Shown here: positions 1-8,885 of the stretch, piece after piece
Layout: every line of letters starts with the position of its first letter
Numbering within the stretch: position 1 is the stretch's first letter
IMG/VR virus record: IMGVR_UViG_3300023296_000874
Span: 1 to 64,000 of that record
Reading direction: 5' to 3' (one strand)
DNA: 64,000 bases
Translations under genes and position numbers: made by a program
Notes under the pieces: model-generated
Database searches by the model: none
The model's input: the letters and a program-made list of their open reading frames with translations, nothing else
Told to the model about the DNA's origin: nothing

Positions 1-204
1 GATGAGATTCGGTGGGGCACACGCGGCGAGATGAACGAGCCCGGATCAGAGACCCTGACCGCCACGTTCGACACCCGAGGCGACGCTGAGAAGTTCAGGC
101 GGCTCGCCATTCGGTTCGGCTTCGCGGCAGACGTTGTGGAGCAGACCAACGTCACTGAGTACGAAGGAATGGACTTCGTAGTGACAATTCGCCACCTCAC
201 CTGA
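1..204 (+). CDS. hypothetical protein, 5' truncated by window edge
   Basis: Frame 1 open from base 1 (DEIRWGTRGEMNEPG...VTIRHLT) to TGA 202-204. Confidence 0.6.
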   Translation, partial: DEIRWGTRGEMNEPGSETLTATFDTRGDAEKFRRLAIRFGFAADVVEQTNVTEYEGMDFVVTIRHLT

Positions 205-224
205 TTCTCATTGTCCGAAAGGAC

Positions 225-554
225 ATGATTGACCCCCGCCAGCTTGACCTTGTTCAACTCTCCACCCTTCCGGAGGAGACTTGGATGGGGTTGTTCGTGT
301 ACCACCCCATGCTCCAGATGGGTGACACGCCCTACTGGCACACAGGTGACTACACCGGCATCAATGCCGAGCTGCTCGATGACGATGAACGTGACATGCT
401 TGCCTACGATGAAGGCACAGTGTTGAGCACGTTCTATCAGGACTTCGAAGGGTGGCCCAAGGAAGACCTACTCCGTGTACGTTTCGGAGACGGTTCTTGG
501 GCAGGGCTGCATTACAGTCCTTGCAACATTTGGACCCTACGACCTGGAGCCTGA
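225..554 (+). CDS. hypothetical protein
   Basis: 109-aa ORF, AAAGGAC before ATG, followed immediately by ATG 556. Confidence 0.7.
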   Translation: MIDPRQLDLVQLSTLPEETWMGLFVYHPMLQMGDTPYWHTGDYTGINAELLDDDERDMLAYDEGTVLSTFYQDFEGWPKEDLLRVRFGDGSWAGLHYSPCNIWTLRPGA

Positions 555-555
555 T

Positions 556-798
556 ATGCCTTTCGCCACATCCCCCCGTGACCGTGTTGTCGTCGAGCAT
601 ACGCAGATCGACACCATCTACGAGCTGACCGAACGCCGGATCGAAGCCCTGGGCGGCTTGCTTGCCGGTGAGCAGCCCGCGTTCATCTCGGATGTTCAGT
701 GGGGTTTGCTACAGCAGCAGCGCCCCATCATGGAGAACTGCTCAGTAGACCTCCTCGAGTACCGTGAGGTTCTCGAGGCCCGCCTCAATGCCTGGTAG
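556..798 (+). CDS. hypothetical protein
   Basis: ATG at 556 directly after TGA 552-554, in frame of track ORF 475..798 (MPFATSPRDRVVV...). Confidence 0.6.
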   Translation: MPFATSPRDRVVVEHTQIDTIYELTERRIEALGGLLAGEQPAFISDVQWGLLQQQRPIMENCSVDLLEYREVLEARLNAW

Positions 799-961
799 GG
801 TCAGCCGCTTCCCGCCGCTGCTCCTTCTCTGACACTCGAGCCTTCTTCTCCTGATTCGTCTGGTGAGTGAGAGATCCCTTGCATCCGTTGGCCTTGTGGG
901 GCTTACAGAGCAGGCATCCGCCTCGACGGTTCTTGGGACGACGGCGCTTGTGGTTTGCCAT
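785..961 (-). CDS. small basic Cys/His protein
   Basis: MANHKRRRPKNRRGGCLLCKPHKANGCK; GAGGTGA SD before ATG 961. Confidence 0.6.
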   Translation of the reverse strand: MANHKRRRPKNRRGGCLLCKPHKANGCKGSLTHQTNQEKKARVSEKEQRREAADPTRH

Positions 962-1058
962 GACGATCACCTCTATGTTCACCCCGTCGCGTAGTTGCGG
1001 CGGGGCAGAGTATGATCGTCATGGTGATGTACCTCTATAACGCATAGGACATACGACA

Positions 1059-1403
1059 ATGAATGACGCTGAAAGTGTAGAAGTCACCTGGCAAGGTGAC
1101 GAAGTAATGGGATGGACCGGGTACATCAACGGCAGTGTTGTAGCCCGCGTAGGTCGGATTGAGGACACTGCTTGGGGCAAAGACCCCGACCTGGTGTGGG
1201 GTTGGCGCGTGGACTACGCAGGCGACAACATTCAGGCTCTCCATCTCCTCATCTCGCCCGATGCCGCTCGGGAAAAGGCGGCGAAGCGGTTGGGAGACCT
1301 CATCCGGAAGGTAGACTCAGGACATGCCTCAAGACCATTCAGAGCGACGGGTTCGACTCCTATGGGGGGAATCCATAGCTCCTTCCATTACCTGGGCCGG
1401 TAG
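1059..1403 (+). CDS. hypothetical protein, paralog of 1324..1668
   Basis: Shares TWxG...VARVxR...WxW...SxDxARxxAxxxL pattern with next ORF. Confidence 0.65.
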   Translation: MNDAESVEVTWQGDEVMGWTGYINGSVVARVGRIEDTAWGKDPDLVWGWRVDYAGDNIQALHLLISPDAAREKAAKRLGDLIRKVDSGHASRPFRATGSTPMGGIHSSFHYLGR

Positions 1404-1668
1404 CCCGGAGCGTGGGTACGAATTCAGGTACCGAGGCGAGCGCGTAGCTCGTGTGTGGCGTTCTGCGCCTCCGAGAGCCCGTCAGCCCGGCACGCTCTCA
1501 GGCCACTTCCCAGGCGCTAACCGAACTGTGACGGTGCGAACCGCGTGTTGGTGGTGGGAGATTCGGTGGAACGGTGAGCACATCATTGCGAAGAATGCAA
1601 TGGGGTCAGCGGACCAAGCTCGAGACCGTGCAACTAACAAGCTGACTGCTATGTCCTGGGACACATGA
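1324..1668 (+). CDS. hypothetical protein, paralog of 1059..1403 (start uncertain)
   Basis: Same pattern as previous ORF; ATGA coupling to 1665. Confidence 0.6.
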   Translation: MPQDHSERRVRLLWGESIAPSITWAGSPERGYEFRYRGERVARVWRSAPPRARQPGTLSGHFPGANRTVTVRTACWWWEIRWNGEHIIAKNAMGSADQARDRATNKLTAMSWDT

Positions 1669-1910
1669 ATCGTAAGAAGCTCCTTGAGCACATCCGCAAA
1701 ATCGTCTACAAGCAAGCGCAGCTCGCTCAGACCGGTGCGGACGGCACTGGATCGGTTGAGGTGAACCGGGACTGGCTTGTGGAGCTGTCTAAAGAACTCG
1801 GCGTGCTTGCCCGTGATCTATCCACACTGCTTGAAACCGACAGCAAGGGCAGCGAGGAGGTTGATACCTCGCGCCTGACCATGTTGATGGATGATGAGGC
1901 TGACGGATGA
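1665..1910 (+). CDS. small hypothetical protein with C-terminal SRLTMLMDDE tag
   Basis: ATGA overlaps at both ends; paralog of 1907..2161. Confidence 0.8.
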   Translation: MNRKKLLEHIRKIVYKQAQLAQTGADGTGSVEVNRDWLVELSKELGVLARDLSTLLETDSKGSEEVDTSRLTMLMDDEADG

Positions 1911-2161
1911 AGCGTGCAGAGTTGTTGAAGATGATACGGACCATGTCACGTCTGGGAGGGAACCTATCCGCCCACGGAGGGAACGGAGAGGGCAACTTCA
2001 CCACGACAAAGTCGTGGATGAAGTCTCACGGCAAGTCACTCGATGAGTGGGCGGAGAACCTCTCGACCCTCCTCGACCAAGACTCCGTAGGCAGCGAGGA
2101 CGTTGATACCTCACGTCTGACCATGCTGATGGATGATGAGGCTGAAGAGGCCGGATCCTAA
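1907..2161 (+). CDS. small hypothetical protein with C-terminal SRLTMLMDDE tag
   Basis: Near-identical tail to 1665..1910. Confidence 0.8.
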   Translation: MKRAELLKMIRTMSRLGGNLSAHGGNGEGNFTTTKSWMKSHGKSLDEWAENLSTLLDQDSVGSEDVDTSRLTMLMDDEAEEAGS

Positions 2162-2487
2162 GAGTGCATGGAGTCGAAGCCCACGTAGGGTCTCAAGTAC
2201 TCCTTCTCATGATGGTCGCCGCATAGCGGGGCGATACCCATAGGGAAGAACGTAGCTGCGAGGTGAGTGTCTTCGCCACACTCCCGGCACTTCATAGCCC
2301 GCTGCATCTCAACGCCGAAGCGCGCCCGGTCCAGAACGTAGTCCCGGTAGTGCTCCCGAGCTTCATCAGCGGTGGCATGTCCCTCACACTCTTCAGCGCA
2401 GTTGCCGATGGGGCGAATGACCTTGTCGTTCATGGTGGTGAAATGCCACTTGCCGTCAGCCTTCTGTCGTGGTTCGTCGTAGTTCAC
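2158..2487 (-). CDS. Cys/His-rich hypothetical protein
   Basis: GTG start at 2487 after GAGGTGA SD, just downstream of endolysin stop; CxxC and CxxH motifs. Confidence 0.65.
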   Translation of the reverse strand: MNYDEPRQKADGKWHFTTMNDKVIRPIGNCAEECEGHATADEAREHYRDYVLDRARFGVEMQRAMKCRECGEDTHLAATFFPMGIAPLCGDHHEKEYLRPYVGFDSMHS

Positions 2488-2494
2488 AATCACC

Positions 2495-3352
2495 TCAGCG
2501 TAGTAGAGCAGCCCATGTGTTCCCGCCAACCCATCCGTCAGGGGTAAGGCCCGCCGCCTTCTGAAACTGTACAACGGCAGCAGAGGTTCCCCCACGCCAG
2601 TCTCCATCAATCCCGGTGGCTACGCCCTTCGCCTTGAGCAGACGCTGTAGCTCTGCAACCCAGCCGTTCTTCATCCCCATCACGAGGGTCGGGCGGTAGT
2701 CCCAGCCGTACTGCACGAAGCGGAAGAGGTCGATTGCGCGCCAGATCGTCACTCTGACGGCTCGCTTGTCTTCGGAGTGGATGTTCACAAGCTGAATGAA
2801 CTTCTGGTAGTTGGAGCCGTCGAAGCCGCCCGCGATGTTGATGCAGCCCGCGCTCCACCGTCCCACGTACATCGTCTTGCCGCCCGCATGTACGTTCACG
2901 CCTGCGTAGCTCTGAACCACTGACTCGCCGATGTCGGGCTGGAAGTTGCCGTTGCGGTCACGCCACAAGCGGTTCAACTCATTGAGGGAGCGCAGGGCGG
3001 GGTAGCCCTTGTGCTGTCCCGCCGTGTAGAGATGCTGTCCGAAGGTGAGGTGGGCAGCACCGTCACGTCCCATGGGGTTCTCGGTGTAGTAGCGTCCGGG
3101 GTCAGTCGTTCCGGGGGCGAGGATCACGCCCTTCCGAAGGTCTTCGCCACGATGCACCAACGCGACGGTGTCGTTGTAGATGTCGGGGGCATTGTTGTTG
3201 AGGGCCAGTTGTCCGAGCTCGTCGGGCAGTGCGCCTTGGAGGCAGAGCAGGTTCAAGTCACCGGCTTCGGTGTCTGCTCCTACCTTGAGGAACGAGAGGA
3301 ACTCGGTCGCGAGGTCGTAGGTCAAGTTGACCCGCGTCGGAAGTGAGGACAT
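2495..3352 (-). CDS. endolysin-like protein: L,D-transpeptidase-like catalytic domain plus C-terminal peptidoglycan-binding domain
   Basis: C-terminal VAELQRLLKAKG...IDGDWRGGTSAAVVQFQKAAGLTPDGWVGGNTWAAL is a PG_binding_1 pattern; NVHAGG...WSAGC resembles the YkuD HxG...SxGC motif. Confidence 0.75.
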   Translation of the reverse strand: MSSLPTRVNLTYDLATEFLSFLKVGADTEAGDLNLLCLQGALPDELGQLALNNNAPDIYNDTVALVHRGEDLRKGVILAPGTTDPGRYYTENPMGRDGAAHLTFGQHLYTAGQHKGYPALRSLNELNRLWRDRNGNFQPDIGESVVQSYAGVNVHAGGKTMYVGRWSAGCINIAGGFDGSNYQKFIQLVNIHSEDKRAVRVTIWRAIDLFRFVQYGWDYRPTLVMGMKNGWVAELQRLLKAKGVATGIDGDWRGGTSAAVVQFQKAAGLTPDGWVGGNTWAALLR

Positions 3353-3433
3353 GTTGACTCCTGATTTGGGGTTCCCGCCGCAAGTTGGCCGTCCTACTCA
3401 GGGCGGGGCTCTTACGCGGGCCACAAAAGAATC

Positions 3434-3991
3434 ATGACTGGAGGCAATGTGATCGTAGGAATTACCGGGAAAAAGGGCCACGGCAAGGATACCGTCGGCG
3501 AAGTGTTCACCAAAGCGGGGTACCTTCGGGACTTCTTCGCGGCACCCATCAAGGAAGCAGTGAAGCTTGCCTTGAACATGACGGACGAGCAGGTACACGG
3601 CACCGTCGACGTCAAGGAAACCATCGACCCGCGCTACGGCATCACTCCGCGCTGGGCGATGCAGAGCATGGGGACGGAATGGGGACGGAACCTCATCAAC
3701 AAGGACGTCTGGGCCATCGCGTGCCTCAGCCGCATTGAGAACTCCGGCGCACTGAACTGGGTCATCACCGACACCCGGTTCACCAACGAAGCAGACATCA
3801 TCAAGGAGAAGGGAGGCATCATCGTCAAGGTGGTCCGTCCCAACGCAGACACTGGATCGTTCGAAGACCACCCTTCCGAGCTACAGATCGATCTCATCGA
3901 GCCCGACTACACCATCACCAACGACGGCACGCTTGACGAGCTTGTGACTCAAGTGAAGGCGTTGGTGGAGCAGCTCAAGAGCAGACCATGA
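3434..3991 (+). CDS. deoxynucleoside monophosphate kinase
   Basis: P-loop GITGKKGHGKDTV, FAAPIKEA, PRWAMQSMGTEWGR, VITDTRFTNEA (T4 gp1-like). Confidence 0.9.
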   Translation: MTGGNVIVGITGKKGHGKDTVGEVFTKAGYLRDFFAAPIKEAVKLALNMTDEQVHGTVDVKETIDPRYGITPRWAMQSMGTEWGRNLINKDVWAIACLSRIENSGALNWVITDTRFTNEADIIKEKGGIIVKVVRPNADTGSFEDHPSELQIDLIEPDYTITNDGTLDELVTQVKALVEQLKSRP

Positions 3992-4563
3992 ACTACTACG
4001 AATCGGAAGCCTACACCTACTTCCAGAACACTGTGGACATCAACGTGAGCGCCGTGCTCTCGCCGTTCACTGATCTACTCCCTGACAGGGCGCGGGTACT
4101 GGATGCAGGGTGCGGCAGTGGGCGCGACGTGCGGTTCTTCAAGCAACAGGGCTTCAGGGTAGACGCGTTTGACGCGAGCTTTGCGCTGGTGGCTTTGGCA
4201 TCTGATCACAGCGGGGTGACCGTCACCCGTCAGAGGTTCCAGGACTTCCACTACGACCACCTGTTCGACGGCATCTGGTGTTGTGCTTCTCTGCTCCACG
4301 TACCCAAGGCCGAGCTGAATCACATCATGGCGAGGCTGAGGGAGCAGCTTGTTCCAGGTGGCGTGCTGTACGTGTCGTTCAAGCACGGCGACTTCGAGGA
4401 GCGTTTGGATGGCTACCGGGTGTTCACCGACATGAACGAGGTCAACCTCGAAATCATGTTTGAGAGGCTCCGCATGGACGTCGTCCGCATGTGGCAGACC
4501 CCCGACTACCGTCCAGACAATGACACACAGTGGCTCAATGCCGTAGCCCGGAGGGAGCTCTAA
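3988..4563 (+). CDS. class I SAM-dependent methyltransferase
   Basis: VLDAGCGSGRD motif I, VDAFDAS, FDGIWCCASLLH. Confidence 0.9.
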   Translation: MNYYESEAYTYFQNTVDINVSAVLSPFTDLLPDRARVLDAGCGSGRDVRFFKQQGFRVDAFDASFALVALASDHSGVTVTRQRFQDFHYDHLFDGIWCCASLLHVPKAELNHIMARLREQLVPGGVLYVSFKHGDFEERLDGYRVFTDMNEVNLEIMFERLRMDVVRMWQTPDYRPDNDTQWLNAVARREL

Positions 4564-4925
4564 TGGGATCACGTACCGTAGACGTGCTGGCTGACGTAGG
4601 TCACGAGCGCGTGAAGCAGGATGCGAAGTGGGGCAGGTCTGATCACGCAGACGGCACACACGCCAACTACATGTCCAAGGCTGAGGAGCTCAAGTCACTC
4701 GCCACCGAACAGGCGATGCAGAACAACATCACCTGGAACACCATCCTCCAAGAGGAAGTCTTTGAAGCTCTGTCCACTGGCGAGCCTGACATCCTACGGG
4801 CTGAGCTGGTGCAGGTAGCGGCGGTCGCGGTCGCTTGGATTGAGGCTCTCGATGCTCGCCAAGCTGAGTACGACGAGCTGCATCCATCAGTCGATGAGGA
4901 TCTCGACCCGGCTGATGGTGGGTAG
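4563..4925 (+). CDS. MazG-like nucleotide pyrophosphohydrolase
   Basis: ERVKQDAKWG...ILQEEVFEAL...ELVQVAAVAVAWIEALD; TAATG coupling. Confidence 0.75.
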   Translation: MGSRTVDVLADVGHERVKQDAKWGRSDHADGTHANYMSKAEELKSLATEQAMQNNITWNTILQEEVFEALSTGEPDILRAELVQVAAVAVAWIEALDARQAEYDELHPSVDEDLDPADGG

Positions 4926-5624
4926 CTGAACAACCTCCTGCTCTACGAACAGAGGGAGCAGCGGATCTCCCTGTCCAACCCGCCGCCTCACCTTCGCGGG
5001 TAGGTCTGGTAGGTCTTCCAGCAAGAGAAGCATTCGGTTGATGCGGTAGGGGTAAGCACATGCCCACTCAACGTTCATTCCACTCCACACAAGACGATAG
5101 TCGAGTGGGGTGAAGTGGCCGGAGTGCCTACCGATCAGAGCAGGCTCACCGACTCCAAGGTTCCCAAGCGCCGCGATGAACTGGTCGAACCGGATCAGGT
5201 ACCGCGTGAACTGCTCGTCCCCCGCGATGCCAAGTTCAGCCAGGAACTGGTAGTGCGCCCGGAGCTTCACACGGTTGCGACCTCTACGGTCGGCCAGCCC
5301 TTGGACAAGTCGGGTCTCGTCCTCCTGCCACAGGATGTTCCCACGCGGCACACGGGCGAGGTACGCCATGAGGTTCTCAAGCATCACCTCGTGGTCTACG
5401 TCCAGCTCACGCATATGGGATTGAGCTACGAACTCCCGTGCTCCCATCTGCCAGATGTTTCGCTGCTCCCCAGCCAGAATGATCACAGATTCGGGAGGGG
5501 GAGCCGTACCATCCATCAGCGCCGGGATGATTGCTGTCACAATCCCTGTCGCGACGTACACATCACCAATCGACGCAATGCCGTGGTCACTGACGTATCG
5601 TAGATGGCCGTAATCGCTCATCAC
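4887..5624 (-). CDS. hypothetical protein (tag-like NRMLLLLED and terminal SRVEILID)
   Basis: 245-aa ORF, GTGA/ATGA coupling to upstream phosphoesterase. Confidence 0.7.
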   Translation of the reverse strand: MMSDYGHLRYVSDHGIASIGDVYVATGIVTAIIPALMDGTAPPPESVIILAGEQRNIWQMGAREFVAQSHMRELDVDHEVMLENLMAYLARVPRGNILWQEDETRLVQGLADRRGRNRVKLRAHYQFLAELGIAGDEQFTRYLIRFDQFIAALGNLGVGEPALIGRHSGHFTPLDYRLVWSGMNVEWACAYPYRINRMLLLLEDLPDLPAKVRRRVGQGDPLLPLFVEQEVVQLPTISRVEILID

Positions 5625-6382
5625 ACCTGTATGATCTCCCTACTGGGTAGCACGATGGCGGTCAACGTGTACGGCGGTTTGGTGCCGCAACCGGTGTCCA
5701 ATGCTATCCACCTGTCTTCCAGCATAGGCTGCTTCAGGCATTGATGTCCAAAGACCTGTGTACCATTCTCGAACTCATATAGCTCTCCGCGCTTGAGGTT
5801 CGGGTAGCCGAAATATACCTGATCAGGATGCCAGGTGATGAGGTGTCCGATGATCTGTTCGTCAGTCTGGACCTCGATGCCCTTGACTCCCTCAGCGGCT
5901 TGCGTGGAGATGCCGGAGTGGGTGATCCAGTACCTGTTGCCGTCTACGTCCACCCGCAGGCAGTACTGGAAAGCATTCTCGAAGTAGTCCTTGTGGTGTT
6001 GCGGCATGTTGGCGCGCATGGAGAAGAACACGCGGCTGGGGTCCTTGGTCTTGCACCCGTATGAGCGTACCGTTGCCCAGGCTCCCCAGATGGGGCTCCA
6101 CACATCTGCCACCTTGCCCGTCTGGAGCATGTTGATGACCCAGAAGTCGTGGTTGCCCACGCAGGGTACGACGCCCTCCTTGATGCAGAGCTCAATCACG
6201 CCCTTGCTGTCGGGACCACGGTCAATCAGGTCACCAACGCTGACAATGTCCACGTCGGTTCCGAACCGGTCTCTGATGAGGGCGATGAGCTTCTTGAGCT
6301 TCTTGAGATCGCCGTGTACGTCACCGAACACGACACAAGGGTTGTCTGACATATAGGCTCCAGGGCTACTCTCGATAGACAC
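5621..6382 (-). CDS. calcineurin-like metallophosphoesterase (Ser/Thr phosphatase/ApaH-like)
   Basis: GDVHG, GDLIDRGPDS, GNHD, THSG, FGH, LDTGCG motifs. Confidence 0.9.
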   Translation of the reverse strand: MSIESSPGAYMSDNPCVVFGDVHGDLKKLKKLIALIRDRFGTDVDIVSVGDLIDRGPDSKGVIELCIKEGVVPCVGNHDFWVINMLQTGKVADVWSPIWGAWATVRSYGCKTKDPSRVFFSMRANMPQHHKDYFENAFQYCLRVDVDGNRYWITHSGISTQAAEGVKGIEVQTDEQIIGHLITWHPDQVYFGYPNLKRGELYEFENGTQVFGHQCLKQPMLEDRWIALDTGCGTKPPYTLTAIVLPSREIIQV

Positions 6383-6393
6383 CGGAGTATGGG

Positions 6394-6984
6394 TCAGTAG
6401 GCCAAAATCCGCTTGAGATGATCTCGTCTTTTGCCCCAGCGAGTACCGAACTCTTCGATACTGTCCGGTGCGGGGTCTGTCATCAGCTCGAGCCAGTGGT
6501 CCTCAACCCCCGCCCCGAAGTTTCGGATGTGTCCGTCCTCGATGAGTTGTCGTGCGAACAGTAGGGTCCGAAGGCTGTGCCACACCTTCTTCCGGGCCTT
6601 GTCTGGGTCCGCTTGTATCAGCTTGACACCCTTGGCGAAGTCAGCATCGCTTGACGCCACGACACGGGCCTTGAGCTTGTCGCCGTTCAGGGTCCATGCC
6701 CACGCCCGCGTACATACCATCCGGTGCGACTCGGGTGCCCAGAGCGCCTCCAGTGCGTAGAGACTCTGCTCGTTGAGGGCAAGCTGGTATTCCAACGGGT
6801 TGTAGAGCGTGACGTTGTAGTCCCTGCCGAACAGAAGGTTCTTGATGACCGGCTCTTCGACCACCGCCACGAAGTCCGTGTCACTCCCTTGCGTGGAGCA
6901 GCCGTACACCTGTGAGCCAACCCGCGCCGCAAAGACGATGGTCTTCCCAAAGAGGATCCGCTGTAGGTCAGTCGTCGTCAACAT
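6394..6984 (-). CDS. predicted nucleotidyltransferase (Pol-beta superfamily)
   Basis: GSQVYG...SDTDF signature, helical C-terminal region. Confidence 0.75.
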   Translation of the reverse strand: MLTTTDLQRILFGKTIVFAARVGSQVYGCSTQGSDTDFVAVVEEPVIKNLLFGRDYNVTLYNPLEYQLALNEQSLYALEALWAPESHRMVCTRAWAWTLNGDKLKARVVASSDADFAKGVKLIQADPDKARKKVWHSLRTLLFARQLIEDGHIRNFGAGVEDHWLELMTDPAPDSIEEFGTRWGKRRDHLKRILAY

Positions 6985-7693
6985 CGAACAAAATGTCCCA
7001 GATGGTCAGGGGTGGAGGTGGTAGTAGGCTACACGGTGTTCCAGGTCCAAGGCTGATCTCGCCACAAGGGTTTCCACCGGGTCCACTCACGTAGCTGACT
7101 CTCGGAGGTCCGCCAAGGACGCCCCAGTTGTTTGTCCTCTGCCGCTCCCTCAGCCTTTGGACAAAGGATGCGCGCTCGTTCTGGTCGGCTGCCTCCTCTG
7201 CCCGTGCCTCCTGCGTGATCCTCATCTCTTCGAAGCGCTCGCTGAGGCTTACTTGGTGCGCGGGCATGTCACGGTTCATGAGTGGCTGGATGTTCAGAGC
7301 CTCTCGTATCCCCTCAAGGGTCAGGGGTTCGTGCTCTTCATTCGACACCGTGTTGTTCCAGGGGGAGTCCTCCCCCGAAGGGGTGACGGTGTTTTCCCAC
7401 GAGCTCCCCACATCTACGTCGACGTTGATGAAGGCCTCCGCATACCTCTCCATCTCGTCGTGTAGGGCCGCGAAGTTTGCTTGCACGTCGATGGTCGCTT
7501 CAACCAGCGCCTCCATCCTATTGCGGATCAGTGCCGCGACCTCCTCATCCGCTGAGCGAGGGCTGAGATCAACCCAGTAGGCTATCTCGTCATGGACGGT
7601 GGAGGCGATTGGGGTGATCTCAACGGTAGCTGGGTCGTAGAACCCATTGAGTCCGTAGCCGTCGTCTACGTCGTCATCACCCGGCATCGTCAT
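6968..7693 (-). CDS. acidic hypothetical protein
   Basis: 241-aa ORF overlapping both neighbours; ends PPPPLTIWDILFDVDDD. Confidence 0.65.
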   Translation of the reverse strand: MTMPGDDDVDDGYGLNGFYDPATVEITPIASTVHDEIAYWVDLSPRSADEEVAALIRNRMEALVEATIDVQANFAALHDEMERYAEAFINVDVDVGSSWENTVTPSGEDSPWNNTVSNEEHEPLTLEGIREALNIQPLMNRDMPAHQVSLSERFEEMRITQEARAEEAADQNERASFVQRLRERQRTNNWGVLGGPPRVSYVSGPGGNPCGEISLGPGTPCSLLPPPPLTIWDILFDVDDD

Positions 7694-8435
7694 TCATCAG
7701 CATTCCCAGGCGCGAGCCGGGCAGTGGGTCGGCGTCGGGGTTCATCACCCGGTGAGCGTAGTTCTCCTTCATGCGGCGGATGGATGCTGCTGAGCACTCG
7801 TCCGGGTGGCGTCCGGCGAGCAGCTCACCTTCCATGTTGAACACCTCGGTGTTCCAGGCTTCGAGCTCTGCCTGGCTACGGGTCTCGTGTCCACGGTACT
7901 CAGCGGGGACGTAGTCGAGGGCGAGGAAGAGGCGGTTGCGGGTCTTCACGATGGCCTTGTGGAACTCAGCGAAGCGCATGAGGAAGCGGAAGAGCATGAT
8001 GTTGCCGATGCCCCAAGCAACCACCATCGCCACAACCCAGCCGTAGCTCTCAGGCTGGGCGGTCGTCATCAGGTAGGCTTCCGCAACAATGACGCCGATG
8101 TCGATCACCTTCTTGACGTAGTAGCCCACGGTGTAGAGCTCGTAGCGGCTACGCCATTGGATGATGTTCTCGTCGTACACCATGTTGATGCGCCACGGAC
8201 GTCCACGTTCGGCGAGGAGCGGAAGGATCCACTCCTTCACCATGCTGTTCTTGACTCCGTCGTTGAGGTATCGCTCGGCGGCGTCCCACTGCTCCCGGTC
8301 GAACAGGCTACCCAGATCGTTGGACACCTTCGTTGGATCGATCTTGGTGATGGCGAGGATGAGTGCCAAACACGCGATGATCAATACGTGCATGACCACG
8401 TAGAACTTAGCGACGGTGATGAAGGTGATGACCAC
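7677..8435 (-). CDS. membrane protein with C-terminal SRLGMLMNDD tag
   Basis: About three hydrophobic segments; GTG start after GGAGAAG. Confidence 0.7.
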   Translation of the reverse strand: MVITFITVAKFYVVMHVLIIACLALILAITKIDPTKVSNDLGSLFDREQWDAAERYLNDGVKNSMVKEWILPLLAERGRPWRINMVYDENIIQWRSRYELYTVGYYVKKVIDIGVIVAEAYLMTTAQPESYGWVVAMVVAWGIGNIMLFRFLMRFAEFHKAIVKTRNRLFLALDYVPAEYRGHETRSQAELEAWNTEVFNMEGELLAGRHPDECSAASIRRMKENYAHRVMNPDADPLPGSRLGMLMNDDAG

Positions 8436-8570
8436 GATGTACTTCTCCGATTGAGGGCTTGATTACTGGAACACGATGATGAGCCCATTCATGCAGAGGC
8501 TTCGACACTTCAGAATCCTTTTATAGTTCTTGATGGTGCCTATCGTGGCGAGCCCAATCAAGGAGAAGGC

Positions 8571-8885
8571 ATGGCTGAAGACAAGACATCGACAGGGGTA
8601 GTGATTCCCAAGTGGCTCTTCGGCATTGTGACCTCCGTGGGTACGGTTGTGTTCCTCGCCCTTGGAGGCTGGGTAGTAAATACCTGGGACAACCCCGCCA
8701 AGATTGAGAGCCTCGAAGCCCGTATCGTTGTGCTGGAGTCTGACCGGACGGAGGCAAAGCTCGAGCGCCAGGCCTCGTTGGGCAAGCTGAACACCACCAT
8801 CGCCCTCATGCAGAGTGACGTGAACAGGCTGGCTGAATCCAACGCCGAGCTCCGTCCGCTCATCTTGGAGGCGATTGCACGATGA
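8571..8885 (+). CDS. single-TM coiled-coil protein
   Basis: N-terminal hydrophobic helix then heptad-rich segment; AAGGAG SD. Confidence 0.75.
   Translation: MAEDKTSTGVVIPKWLFGIVTSVGTVVFLALGGWVVNTWDNPAKIESLEARIVVLESDRTEAKLERQASLGKLNTTIALMQSDVNRLAESNAELRPLILEAIAR

Noticed and set aside
8471-8500. CTCTGCA-N16-CGTG weak promoter-motif match upstream of 8435
   Set aside because: Both halves deviate from consensus; not counted
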